Origin: Mobula hypostoma
Lineage: Eukaryota
Direction of reading: 5' to 3'
DNA length: 64,000 bases
Assembly: GCF_963921235.1 (NCBI RefSeq)
Contig: NC_086097.1
Location: forward strand, 148,616,001 to 148,680,000
The position numbers were made by a program, and so were the translations under genes. Below are positions 48,635 to 60,875 of the stretch, in pieces. The notes under the pieces are model-generated. The model saw only the letters and a list, made by a program, of their open reading frames with translations. It made no database searches and had not been told where the DNA came from. Every line of letters starts with the position of its first letter. Position 1 is the stretch's first letter.

Positions 48635-49574
48635 TGTAATGAGCTCTTCGGTCTCGCACATGGAGCTGCAGAGTTCAGACTCTAAGGCTTTTACAGCACT
48701 AACAAGACTTGTTAATTGTTTAGAGTTCCTCGTTTTTTTTCATTTTGCTTTTTATTTAAACTTGTTAAGTTTATTTTGATAAGCTCGGGGATTCCATGGT
48801 ACTTGTATTATTTAACTATTATTTAACCAGATTCCTGATTAGCACCAGTTGCAGTGTCCAGGTTTTGAGAATGAAACACCGCGCAGTGTCTCTTGCCCAG
48901 GCCACCGATGTTCTATTGGAATTGTTATGAATACCTGTAAACTCTGGTCATCGACACTACATTCAAGGCTTTTTCCAGATCTAACTGTCCCCAGATCTCA
49001 AGATTCTCAAGGTCATCAAGTTTTTCCAATTTTCTCATGGCCTTCCATGTTTTAGAGGTTTATCCAATCTTCACCCTGTCCTGAGGTTCCTAAGCCTCTC
49101 TCAAGGTTCTTAAGTCTCTCTTGAGTTTCTTGACTTCTCAAGTCTCCCCGGGCTGTCAAGTGCTGTCCATAGAGATGGGAGTACTCTACTGAGCTCTGGG
49201 CTTGTGCGGGGAGCTGGACAGCATTGGGCTCCGATGTTTTTACAGTACTTGAACTGGTTAATTGTTCTTTAGCAAGAGCTGTTAATTGTTTACAGTTCCT
49301 TGTGTTTTTTCTCACGAAACCCACTCTTTGTAATGTGGCGTACTGGTGATTTCTTTTTTAACTAGTTAATTTATTTTGATCCCGCTCCGGGATTCTGTGG
49401 TATTTGTATTACTTAAGCGGATGCTTAAATAACTAGGGCTCTAGTTTTAAGAATGTTACATCTCGAGCTGTCACACGGCTGAACCACTGATGTTCTGCTG
49501 GAATTGTTATGAATAACTTCTGGCTGGTGGCCCCACATTGGAATCTGTCTTTCCTCCGCACTTGGGTTCTGACA
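48635..49574. repeat. LTR-like segment with two diverged ~300-bp internal direct repeats
   Basis: TGTAAT...TGACA ends; 48641-48933 parallels 49191-49515 (tgttaattgtttaSagttcct; ggaattgttatgaata); no clean TSD. Confidence 0.45.
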
Positions 49575-49619
49575 TTGCCAGCACAGACTCCCACCTGGAT
49601 TTTGTGCTACCCACCTAGA

Positions 49620-49812
49620 CTAGGAGCAATTTACAACTGTCAATTAACTTATTAGCATACCTTGGGATGTTATCAGAATTTGGAACACCTGAGGGAAACC
49701 CACATAGTCATGTGGAGAGCGTGCACACTCCATACAGCCAGACCTTCTGGCAGGACTGAGACCAGTTGCTGCAGATACAAGGCAGCAGCATTAATTGCTG
49801 CACCATTGTGCT
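49620..49812 (-). mobile_element. V-SINE relic
   Basis: ggaacacctgagggaaacccacatagtcatgtggagagcgtgcacactcc is the reversed V-domain. Confidence 0.6.
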
Positions 49813-50278
49813 ACCTGTTATTCCACTGCTAACCATGTAAGTTATCAGTAAATTTCTATTCCACAAATAAGTGCTCATGAGACAAATGTAGTATTGAAAT
49901 GAGTCCATGGAAGTTGCACATTTGATTCTTAGTCTGCTATAGTTAGTTGGTCAAAATAGCCTGAGTGTTGCTTGTTAATTAGGGTGAGTGAAGTGGTAAA
50001 ACATGCTCAAACATCTCACTACTTGATATAATTTAACTTTCTGCCTCCCATTTCTTCATTAGATCTCCATAGCATTGTTGCTGGTACTAAACTACACTCT
50101 GATCTGGACTAACACATTATATGACTTTATAAATGATTATTTATTCTTCCTCAAACAGCATTTTGAAGTCTTTGTTCTTTTAAGAATGCCACACCAATAA
50201 CAAGCCTCCTTGCAGGTCTTTCCTTTTGCAATCTTCTTAATTCAGCTGTTATTTATTCCAAAACAAATACTCCAAATT

Positions 50279-50774
50279 CAGTACTGAGCAAAAGTCTTTG
50301 GCACATATATATATACTGTAACTAGGGTGCTTAAGACTTTTGCACAATACTGTAGTAATTTTATGTATTGCACTGTATTGCTGCCTTATAATGAACAAAT
50401 TTCATGGCATTTGAGTAATGATAAACCTGCTTCTGATATGGGTCTCTATTATGGACTGAGAGTGGAAAAAGGGCAGGAAGAAGGGAATCATGGTTGGGAA
50501 AAGGGGAAAGGAGAGAGGAGGGATTGGAAAGCACCAGAGAGACATTCTATAATGATCAATAAACCAACTGTATCCCCCTGCCCCCCGCCCCCAGAACTCC
50601 ACTCTGCCACCTGTCCCACACCCCCTCCTGTGGCGCTATACTCTTGCTACTCCCAAAATCCTTTGCTCCTGCCAGATTTACAAACTCGTTCTCCACTCCA
50701 TGTTGACAAATACAATACAGTGCACAGTGTTAGGCATCATAGCTATATATACAGACTGTATGTGCACAGTACTG
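50279..50774. mobile_element. Tc1-like non-autonomous element with a small inverted TIR pair at each end
   Basis: CAGTACTGAGCAAAAGTCTTTGGCAC ... GTGCTTAAGACTTTTGCACAATACTG on the left; decayed pair ending GTGCACAGTACTG|TA on the right. Confidence 0.65.
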
Positions 50775-51469
50775 TAGATCTTAGGGCCCTCTTTAAAACG
50801 TGGTCTCCTGCAACAAGTTTGAAAAAAATCCCCACTTCCTTCTTCTCCCTATCTCTCTTAGCATCACCGTGAAAGTAGCATTTCATAGAACGTTTACCAA
50901 TAGCATTTTAGACAGAATTATATCTAAGGAAAGATTTTTACCAAATTAATGAAAAATCAATCCAACCTCAAAACTCCACTAATGTGTGTAATGTATTAGT
51001 TAGAGTTAGATGCTACAAAATTCAATACTTTGGACAAAATGCTCACTTGGCAGCATGCCATTTATATATTATTCATCCTTCAGGTTAGTCTAAAATAAGG
51101 ATTTTAACCCTTTATGTCTTTGAAAGGTTCACAGCATTCTGGGAAAGACACAATTGCAATAAAGAAAGTGCAAGGAAGTTTGCAAAATTTTTGCCAGGAC
51201 TGAAAATTTTGGCAATGAAGAGAAGTTGGATGGGCTGAACAGGAAGGGATTGTCTTCCATGGAACAGCAAAGGTTGAGGGAAGATTTATTGATAGAATAA
51301 ATAGCAGCATTAACAGGAAAGGGTTAAAAAAGAACATGAACTTAAAGTAGTTGGTAAAAGTAACAGAGGGGTTTGACGAATATGCTTTTCAGCCAGAGAT
51401 TGGTAATGGAGTTCGCAGCCTGAATCAGCCACAAAGGTAGGAATCTTCATCACATTTAAAACATAAATA

Positions 51470-53865
51470 AGACCAGAAGACATAAGAGCAGAATTAAGCC
51501 ATTCAGTCTGCTCTGCCATTCCATCATGGATGCCACTCAACTCCATATACCTGCTTTCTTGCCATATCCTTTGATACCGACCAGGAAATGATCAACTTCT
51601 GCCATAAATATATGTACAGACTTGGCCTCCACCACAATCTGTGGCAGAGCACTCCACAGATTCGCTACTCTCTGGCTAAAAATGTCCTCCTTACCTCTGT
51701 TGTAAAGGACTGCCCCTCAATTTTGAGGCTGTGCCTTCTAGTTCTGGATAACCCCACCGTAGGAAATATCCTCTCCACATCCACCCAATCTAGTCATTTC
51801 AACATTCGGTAGATTTCAATGAGATTGGCCCACATTCTTCTAAATTCCAGTGAGTACAGTCCCAAAGCTGCCAAATGCTCCTTGTATGTTAACCTGTTCA
51901 TTCCCAAAAATCATCCCCGTGAACCTCCTCTAGACTCCCTCCATTGACAACACATCCTGTCTCAAATATGTGCCCAAAATGGTTGACAATACTCCAAGTG
52001 CAACCTGATTCATGTCTTATAAAAGCTCAACATTATCTCCTTGCCTTTATATTCTACTCCCATTGAAATAAATGCAAAGATTGCATTTGCCTTCCTTACC
52101 ACAGACTCAACCTGTAAATTAACCTTCTGGGAGTCTTGCACGAGGTCTCCCAAGACCCTTTGCACCTCTAATGTTTGAACCTTCTCCCCATTTAGATAAT
52201 AGTCCACAGTGTTGTTCCTTTTACCAAGATGCATTATCATACATTTCCTAACACTGCATTCCATCTTTCACTTTTTGTCTATTCTTCCAAATTATCGCAT
52301 CGCTTTCTTAGCAATACCTACCCCTACACTAATCTTTGCATCATCCGCAAACTTGTCCACAAAGCCATCATTCCATTATTTACACAGAATGCTGGGGGAA
52401 CACAGCAGGCTAGGCAGCATCTGGGAAGAGAGTACAGTCGAGCAACACACACAAAATGCTGGAGGAAAACAACAGGCCAGGCAACATCTAGGAAAAGAGT
52501 ACAGTCGACCTTAAAGAACCGGCAATTGAAAGTGTGGATCCGGAGGAGGATAAAGAAGCATACCATTCCATTATAGGCGGCGGAGAGAGAATTCCAGATT
52601 TGTGGAAGTGACTGGGAAAGGGACACCATGTACCTCTTCATGGTGGAAAGCATGGCACGTGGAACGTGGTGGGAGAAGAAGGGGGAGAAGCAGTCAATTG
52701 AATGTGAGTTCCTGGGGTCCTCAGAGGGTTCAAATTGAGCAGCTTGAAAACAAATCTGGAAGCAATGTGGCATTAGCTGGCATGAAGACATGTTTCCAGA
52801 AAGGATACATGGTTGTAGGAGTGGGTCTGGGTAAGCACGTGGTCAAAGAGTCAGAGAGCAGCGGGGATCATAGAGAGGGAGCAGTGAGGGGGGTTTCACT
52901 GAACTCCCGTTCAAGGGATGATTTAAACTTCAGGGTAGGCATCCCCGGAAGGGGCTTCACAGTGTCATAATCTGATCACAAACAAGAGAAAATCTGCAGT
53001 TGCTGGAAAGCTTGCAGCGTTGACTGTACTCTTCCTAGATGCTGCCTGGCCTGCTGAGTTTCTCCAGCATTTCATGTGTGTTGCTCAGATTTCCAGCATC
53101 TGCAGATTTTCTCTTGATTGTAGTTCCATTATCTAAATCATTGACAACAATTTGAAAAGCAGCAGTCCCAATACTAACCCCTGAGGAACACCACTAATCA
53201 CTGGCAGCCAACCAGAAAAGGCCCCCTTTATTCCTACTCCCTGCCTCCTGCCTGTCAGCTATTCTGCTATCCATGCCAGTATCTTTCCAGTAACGTCATA
53301 GGATTTTATCTTGTTAAGCAGCCTCATGTGTGGCACCTTATCAAACGCGTTCTGAAAATCCAAGTAAATGACATCCACTGCCTTTTCTTTGTCCACCCTG
53401 CTTGTTACTTCTTCGAAGAATTCTAGCAGATTTGTCAAGTGAGGTTTCCCTTTACATAAACCATGTTCTTTGACTTATTTTATCATTAGTCTCCAAGTAC
53501 CTCGAAACCTCATCCTTAGTAATAGACTCAAACATTTTCCCAATCACTGAGGTTAGGCTAACTGGCCTATAATTTCCTTTCTTTTGCCTTCCTCCCTTCT
53601 TAAAGAGTGGAGTGACATTTGCAATCTTCTAGTCCTCTGGGACCACGCCAGAATCAAGTGATTCTTAAAAGATCATGACCAATGCATCCGTTATCTCTTC
53701 AGCAACCTCTCTCAGGACTCTGGGATGTAGTCCATCTGGCCCAGGTGACTTAACCACCTCAAGACTTCTGAGTGTGCTGAGCACTTTTTCCATTGTAATA
53801 GCAATGGCACTCACTCTTGCTCCCTGACACTCACAGACCTCTGGCACACTGCTAGTGTCTTTCAC
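51470..53865 (-). mobile_element. 5'-truncated CR1 interrupted by a PLE
   Basis: KSPGPDGLHPRVLREVAEEI, KCMIMHLGKRN; gaccagaagacataag tail. Confidence 0.88.
52383..53123 (-). mobile_element. Rearranged PLE insertion: two tandem pLTR ends, a 5'UTR/N-terminal ORF segment, and an inverted pLTR end
   Basis: Two units ending agagtacagtcg(ac); 52511-52975 abuts the pLTR tail; TSD TTCCATTATYTA at 52371-52382 and 53124-53135. Confidence 0.8.
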
Positions 53866-54060
53866 TAAATGAATGACTACTTAACGAACTGAGACTTGGA
53901 GGCCTGGTCGAAGGGGGTGAGGGCACGGGGAGATTACTACCTGATGCAGGAAGTGCAATGTAGCTTTTTTAGACCTACATGGACATAATGAATTAATAAA
54001 CTCCCTGTGTCCCCCAAATTTTCTCTCATTCAAAGATTTAGTAGCTCAATGGTTCAACTT

Positions 54061-55255
54061 AGAACATAGAACATAGAATGGTACAGCACAGTACAGGCCC
54101 TTTCGCCCACAATGTTGTGCCGACCCTCAAACCCTGCCTCCCATATAAGCCCCCACCTTAAATTCCCCCATATACCTGTCTAGTAGTCTCTTAAACTTCA
54201 CCAGTGTATCTGACTCCACCACTGACTCAGGCAGTGCATTCCACGCATCAACCACTCTCTGAGTAAAAAGACCTTCCTCTAATATCCCCCTTGAACTTCC
54301 CACCCCTTACCTTAAAGCCATATCCTCTTGTATTGAGCAGCGGTGCCCTGGGGAAGAGGTGCTGGCTATCCACTCTATCTATTCCTCTTATTATCTTGTA
54401 CACCTCTAACATGTCTCCTCTCATCCTCCTCTCCAAAGAGTAAAGCCCTAGCTCCCTTAATCTCTGATCATAATGCATACTCTCTAAACCAGGCAGCATC
54501 CCGGTAAATCTCCTCTGTACCCTTTCCAATGCTTCCACATCCTTCCTATAGTGAGGTGACCAGAACTGGACACAGTACTCCAAGTGTGGCCTAACCAGAG
54601 TTTTCTAGAGCTGCATCATTACATTGTGACTCTTAAACTCTATCCCTCGACTTATGAAAGCTAACACACCATAAGCTTTCTTAACTACCCTATCCACCTG
54701 TGAGGCAACTTTCAGAGATCTGTGGACATGTACCCCGAGATCCCTCTGCTCCTCCACACTACCAAGTATCCTGCCATTTACTTTGTACTCTGCCTTAGAG
54801 TTTGTCCATCCAAAGTGTACCACCTCACACTTCTCCAGGTTGAACTCCATCTGCCACTTCTCAGCCCACTCCTGCATCCTATCAATGTCTCTCTGCAATC
54901 TTTGACAATCCTCTACACTATCTACAACACCACCAACCTTTGTGTCGTCTGCAAACTTGCCAACCCACCCTTCTACCCCAACATCCAGGTCGTTAATAAA
55001 AATCACGAAAAGTAGAGGTCCCAGAACAGATCCTTGTGGGACACCACTAGTCACAATCCTCCAATCTGAATGTAATCCCTCCACCACCACCCTCTGCCTT
55101 CTGCAGGCAAGCCAATTCTGAATCCACCTGGCCAAACTTCCCTGGATCCCATGCCTTCTAACTTTCTGAATAAGCCTACCGTGTGGAAGCTTGTCAAATG
55201 CCTTACTAAAATCCATATAGATCACATCCACTGCACTACCCTCATCTAAATGCCT
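54061..55255 (-). mobile_element. Young 5'-truncated CR1
   Basis: ORF 54605-55231 with [25 protein letters not shown]; (AGAACAT)n tail. Confidence 0.93.
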
Positions 55256-55430
55256 TGTTGTGAAAAATTATACTTGTTCTTGAAGACTATTATCAAATGT
55301 CTAGGCCTGTATAAGTATAAGCATTGAGTATAAAACGAAAGAGGTTACACTAAATCTTTGCATCCATCTAAGTATAATAACCAATTTGGACACTACTTTT
55401 GCGAAAAGGCATGAAGATCTTGGAGAATAC

Positions 55431-56064
55431 ATCTGAGATGTCCTCCTTCTTCTAAGAACAGGGGTTCCCTCCCTCGACTATTGATGATGCCTCACCCACA
55501 TCTCCTCTCTTTCCTGAACATCTGCGCTCACCCCATCTTCCCACCAGAAGCAGAACTTCCCGGTGCCCAAACATTTTAATTCCCATTCCCATTCCAATAT
55601 GTTGGTCTTGTGCCAAGGTGAGGTCACGCTCTGGGTGGAGGAGCAACAGCTTACATTCTGTCTAAGTAGCCTCCAATCTGGTGGCATGAATATTGATTTC
55701 TACTTCAGGTAAAAAAAAAATTCCCTCTCCCTCCCCCCTTTCACTATACTCAACTTTGGCCTTGTACCTCTTCTCACCTGCCTATCGCTCCCTCCCTGGG
55801 TCTCCTCTCCTTCCCTTTCTCCTATCGTCCACTCTCCTCTCCTAACAGATTTCTTCTTCTCCAGCCGTTTACCTTTCCCACCCACTTGGTTTCACTTATT
55901 ACCTTCCAGTTAGTCATCCCATCCCCCCGACCATTTTATTTTGCTCTTTCCCCTGTCCTTTTCAGTCCTGAAGAAGGGTCTTGAGCCAAAACGTCGACTG
56001 TTTATTCATTTCCATAGATGCTGCATGATCTGTTGAATTCCTCCAGCATGTTGTGCATGTTGCT
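55431..56064 (+). mobile_element. PLE 3' fragment (GIY-YIG end plus pLTR) inserted in an old CR1 relic (~55270-56400)
   Basis: Homologous to 24640-24750 and 25195-25773; TSD TTGGAGAATAC at 55420-55430 and 56065-56075; hammerhead motif 55963-56000 with GAAA mutated to AAAA. Confidence 0.85.
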
Positions 56065-56414
56065 TTGGAGAATACTGTAGATAATTAGAAGAAACTTCCC
56101 AGGGTTGAAGATTACTCTTACATGGCTAGAGCAAAGAAACTGAAACTCTTCACATCAGCGAAGGCTGAGAAAAGATTTGACAGAAGAATTCAAATTCTTG
56201 ACTGATTTAGATAAAATAAAGAAGAATTGTTTTCATTGGCAAGGAGATGTTAACCAGAGGAGATAAATTGATAGGCAAAGGAATCAGAGGCATGTGAGGA
56301 TAAGCTTCCTTTGTAATTTCAAATACATTGATTGTTAGAAGGAGGGGAACAGACTTAATAATGTCTTTAAAAGGGGGAAATAGATCTATGCCTGAATGAG
56401 AATAAATGCAGGGA

Positions 56415-57355
56415 AAACATCTCCGCAGGATCCCACCACCAAGCACATCATTCCCTCACCCCTCCCAACGTTTCACTTTCTGCAGGGATCGCTCTCTACA
56501 CTACTACGTTGTCCATTCATTCCTCCCTACAGATCCCCTTCCTGGAACTTATCCTTGCAAGTGGAATAAGTGCTCCTATGCCTCCTCGTCACTGCCATTC
56601 AGGGCCCCAAACAGTCCTTCCACACTTCACCTCTGATTCTTTTGGGGTCATTTACTGCACCTGGTGTTCCTGGTGTGGCCTCCTGTATATTCTTGAGAAC
56701 CAACATGGATTAGAAGACCTCTTTGCTGAGCATCTAGGCTCCGTTCACCAGAAATGCGGGATCTCATTTTAATTCTACTTCCCATTCCTATTCTGACATG
56801 TCAGTCCTTTGTCTCCTCTACTGCAGTAATGAGGCCATTCTCGGGTTGGCCTTATATTCTGGGTAGCCTCCAACCTGATAGCATGAACATTGATTTCTTG
56901 AACTTCTGATAATTGCACCCCCCTTCACCATTCCCCATTCCCCATTCCTATTTTCTGCTCTCACTTTATCTCCTTACCTGCCCATCACCTCCCTCTGGTG
57001 CTCCTCCCACCCCCCCTACCTTTCTTCCATGGCTTTCTGTCTTCTCCTATCAGATTCTCCCTTCTCCAGCCCGTTATCTTTTCACCAATTGACATCCGAG
57101 CTCTTTCCTTCACCCCTCTCCTCTCTCAGTTTCACCTATCACCTACTACCTTATACTTCTTCCTTCCCCCACCCCCCCCCAACCACCTTCTTATCTTGAT
57201 TTCTCATCTTTTTCCCTCAGTCTTAATGAAGGATTTCGGCCCAAAATGTTGACTGGGCCCTTTTCAATAGTTGCAGCTGGCCTGCTAAGCTCATCCAGCA
57301 TTTTGTGTGTGTTGCTTGGATTTGCAGCATCTTCAGATTTTCCCCTTGCTTGTGT
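56415..57355 (+). mobile_element. Decayed PLE 3' fragment (linker, GIY-YIG, pLTR)
   Basis: GTYPCKWNKC, GVIYCTWCSWCGLLYILE...FAEHL; decayed hammerhead motif ~57218-57255. Confidence 0.85.
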
Positions 57356-57629
57356 TTCCTTTTCAAAATGGTTTTTTCACATTAAATAAACCAAATGACT
57401 TTATACTGTGATACTAAATTACAATCTTAGAATATGAAATAAAAATAATTTGCCAGCCTTAACAACATGCACAAATCTATAAATGAAATAAAAGAACATA
57501 AGAACTAGAAGCAGAGGTAGCCAGTCACCCTCTCATCTCTGCTCCACATTCAGTGAGAACATGGCTGATTCTTTACCTTCAGCACAGGTGCATCACAAGC
57601 CTGCATGCCTAGCCCCATGCTCTACTTAC

Positions 57630-58640
57630 TTCACAATTATGACTGTGTGACTAATGTCATACTCAAGTTTGCTAATGACACCACTGTCAATGGGAATCAA
57701 AGGTGGGGATGAATCAGCATACAGGAGGGAGATTGAAAATCTGGATGACAATAACCTCTCACTCGATGCCAGCAAGACCAAGGAGCTGATTATTGACTTC
57801 AGGAGAAGGAAACCAGAGATCCATGAGCTAGTTTCCATTGGGGGATCAGAGGTGGAGAGGCATAGCAACTTAGCAAATCCCTCGGAGTTATTATTGCAGA
57901 GAACCTGTCCTGGGCCCAGCATGTAAATACAATTACAAAGAAAGCACGGCAGCCCCTCTACTCACTTATGAGTTTGCCAAGATTCAGCATGACAAGTAAA
58001 ACTTTGACAAACTTCTATAAATGTGAAGTGGAGAGTATATTGATTGGTTGTATTACTGCCTGGTATGGAACCACCAATGCCCTTGAACAGAAAATCCTAC
58101 AGAAGTAGTGGGTATGGCCCAGTCCCTCATGGGTAAAGCCTCCCCCACCAGTGAGCACATCTACATGAAACACTGTCACAGGAAAGCAGCATCCGTCATC
58201 AGGGACCCCCACCAAGGAAGAGCTGCTCTCTTCTTACTGCTGCCATCAGGAAGAAGGTACAGGAGCCTCAGGACTCACACCACCAAGTTCAGGAACAGTT
58301 ACTACCCCTTAACCATCAAGCTCTTGAACCAAAGGGTCCATCACTTGCCCCAACATCGAACTTTTCCCACAACCTATGGACTCACTTTCATGGACTCTTC
58401 ATTTCATGTTCTCAATATTTATTGCTTATTTATTTATTATCATTATTTCTTCCTCTTTGTATTTGCATGGTTTGTTCTCATCTGCACTCTGGTTGAATGT
58501 CTAAATTGTGTGGTCTTTCACTGATTCTTTTACATTTATTATTCAATAAATTTATTGAGTATGCCCACTAGAAAATGAGTCTCAGGGTTATAAATGGTGA
58601 CGTATATGTATTTTGCTAATAAATTTACTTTGAACTTTGA
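57630..58640 (+). mobile_element. 5'-truncated Rex1/Babar LINE
   Basis: DESAYRREIENL, SKTKELIIDFRR, LLLPSGRRYRSLRTHTTKFRNSYYP; tactttgaactttga tail. Confidence 0.88.
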
Positions 58641-58943
58641 TACCACCTTCCTGCACAAACCCCACATTGCAGCATCTAACTCACCAACTAACACCTGAAA
58701 AATTTGAATTACATAGTCTCATACCTGTTTAGCATGTCCAGCAGTATTATACTTTATTTGCATTCATTTTATGAAAGTCTTAATAATTAACTATGACACT
58801 GAAGATTTGTTCCTATATCTGACTACTGAAAGTGTGGAATAAGAATTACTCATTGTCAGTTTTATTTGATTAGGTTTTTCTGTTTTTCACCGCTGGCTGA
58901 TATGGACGGCTTCCCATCCAATATTTAACAAATATTTTTCACT

Positions 58944-59170
58944 TCAAAGTTCAAAGCTCAAAGTAAGTTTATTATTAAAGTACATATATGTCAACATATA
59001 CAACCCTGTGATTCATTTTCTTGCAGGCATACTCAATAAATGAATAAAAGAATTATAGTCATAATATAATGAATGGAAGACAGCACCAACGTGGGCATTC
59101 AACCAGTGTGCAAAAGACACCAAACTGAGCAAATACAAAAAGAAAGAAATAATAATAATAACAATAATAA
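58944..59170 (-). mobile_element. Rex1/Babar 3'UTR fragment
   Basis: Reverse-complement homolog of 58430-58640. Confidence 0.75.
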
Positions 59171-59171
59171 A

Positions 59172-60875
59172 ATAAGACCATAAGACCATAAAATATTGGA
59201 CCAGAATTAGGCCACTTGGCCCATCGAGTCTGCTCCAGCATTTCATCATGATTGATCCAGTTTTCTTTCACTCCCAATCTCCTTCTTTCTCCCCCAAATC
59301 CCTTCATACCCTGACCAAACAAGAATCTATCTACCGCTGCCTTAAATATACATAAAGACTTGGCTTCCACAATTGCCTGTAGCAAAGAATTCACTATTCT
59401 CTGGCTAAAGAAACTCCTCCTCACCTCCATTCTAAAAGGATACTTCTCTATTCTGAGGCTCTGTCCTCTGGTATTAGATACTTCCACCATAGGAAACATC
59501 TTCCCTATATCCATCCTATCATGGCCTTTCACCATTTGATAGATTGCAATTAGGTCACCCCTCATTCTTCTGAATCCCAGAGAACACAGACCCAGAGCCA
59601 TCAAACACTCTTCAAATTCTCGACAAGCCGTTCAATCCTGGAATCATTTTCCTAACCCTCCTTTGAACTTTCTCCAGTCTCAGCACATCCTTTCTAAGAT
59701 AAGGAGCCCAAAACTGCTCACAATACTCCAGGTGAGGCCTCACCTGTGCTTTATAAACTCTCAACTTCACATACCATACTTGGTATGGAAGTTGTCCTGT
59801 CCAAGACCAAAAGAAGCTGCAGAAGATCATGAACACGGCGCAGCATATCACAGAAACCAATCTTCCGTCCATGGACTCACTTTATACTGCATGCTGTCGG
59901 AGCAGTGCTGCCAGGATAATCAAGGACACGACCCACCCAGCCAACACATTTTTCGTCCCTCTTCCCTCCAGGAGAAGGTTCAGGAGCTTGAATACTCATA
60001 CGGACAGATTTGGGAACAGCTTCTTTCCAACCGTGATAAGACTGCTGAATGGATCCTGACCCGATCTGGGCCGTACCCTCCAAATATCCGGACCTGCCTC
60101 TCGGGTTTTTTTGCACTACGTTACTTCCCCTTTTCTATTTTCAATTTATGATTTATAATTTACATTTTTAATATTTACTAATTTTAACTATTTTTAATAA
60201 TTTTTAATATTTAATAATTGTAATCCAGGGAGTGTGAAGCGCAGAATCAAATATCGCTGTGATGATTGTAAGTTCTAGTACCAATTGTTTGGCGACAATA
60301 AAGTATATAAAGTATAAAGTATACTTGCTTTTATATTTTGATCCTCTTGAAACGAATGCTAACATCACATTTTTCTTCCTCACCACAGATTCAACCTGAA
60401 AATGAACCTTTAGGAAATCCTGCAAAAGGATTTCCAATTCCCTTTGCACATCATATTTTTGTATTTTCTTTCCATTTAGAAAATAGCCAATCCTTTCATT
60501 TCTTTTACCAAAGTGCATTCCCATATACTTTCGACACTGTATTCCATCTGCCACTTCTTTGCCCATTTTCCTAATCTGCCTAAGTCCTTCTGTAGCCTTG
60601 CTATTTCTTCAAAACTACCTTCCACTCTACCTACCTTCCTATCATCTGCAAACTTTGCAACAAAGCCATCAATTCTATCATCCAAATCATTGTCATATAA
60701 TGTAAAAATGATTGGTCTCAGCACAGACCCCTGTGGAACACCACTGGTCATGAACAGCCAACCAGATAAGTCTCCCTTTATTTCCACTTTTTGCCTCCTG
60801 CCAATCAGCCACTACTTTATACATGCTAAGATCTTTCCTGTATTGTCGTATGCTTAGAGCTTGTTAAGAAGCATC
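59172..60875 (-). mobile_element. CR1 3' fragment interrupted by Rex1
   Basis: [27 protein letters not shown]; taagaccataagaccata tail. Confidence 0.88.
59772..60320 (+). mobile_element. Rex1/Babar 3' fragment nested in CR1
   Basis: IIKDTTHPANTFFVPLPSRRRFRSL; gacaataaagtatataaagtataaagt tail. Confidence 0.88.

Noticed and set aside
50327..50872. 181-aa ORF
   Set aside because: Runs through a MITE and low-complexity tracts with no recognisable domain
55963..56000. Active hammerhead ribozyme
   Set aside because: Core GAAA is AAAA (G12 lost), so predicted inactive; the 57218-57255 copy is more decayed
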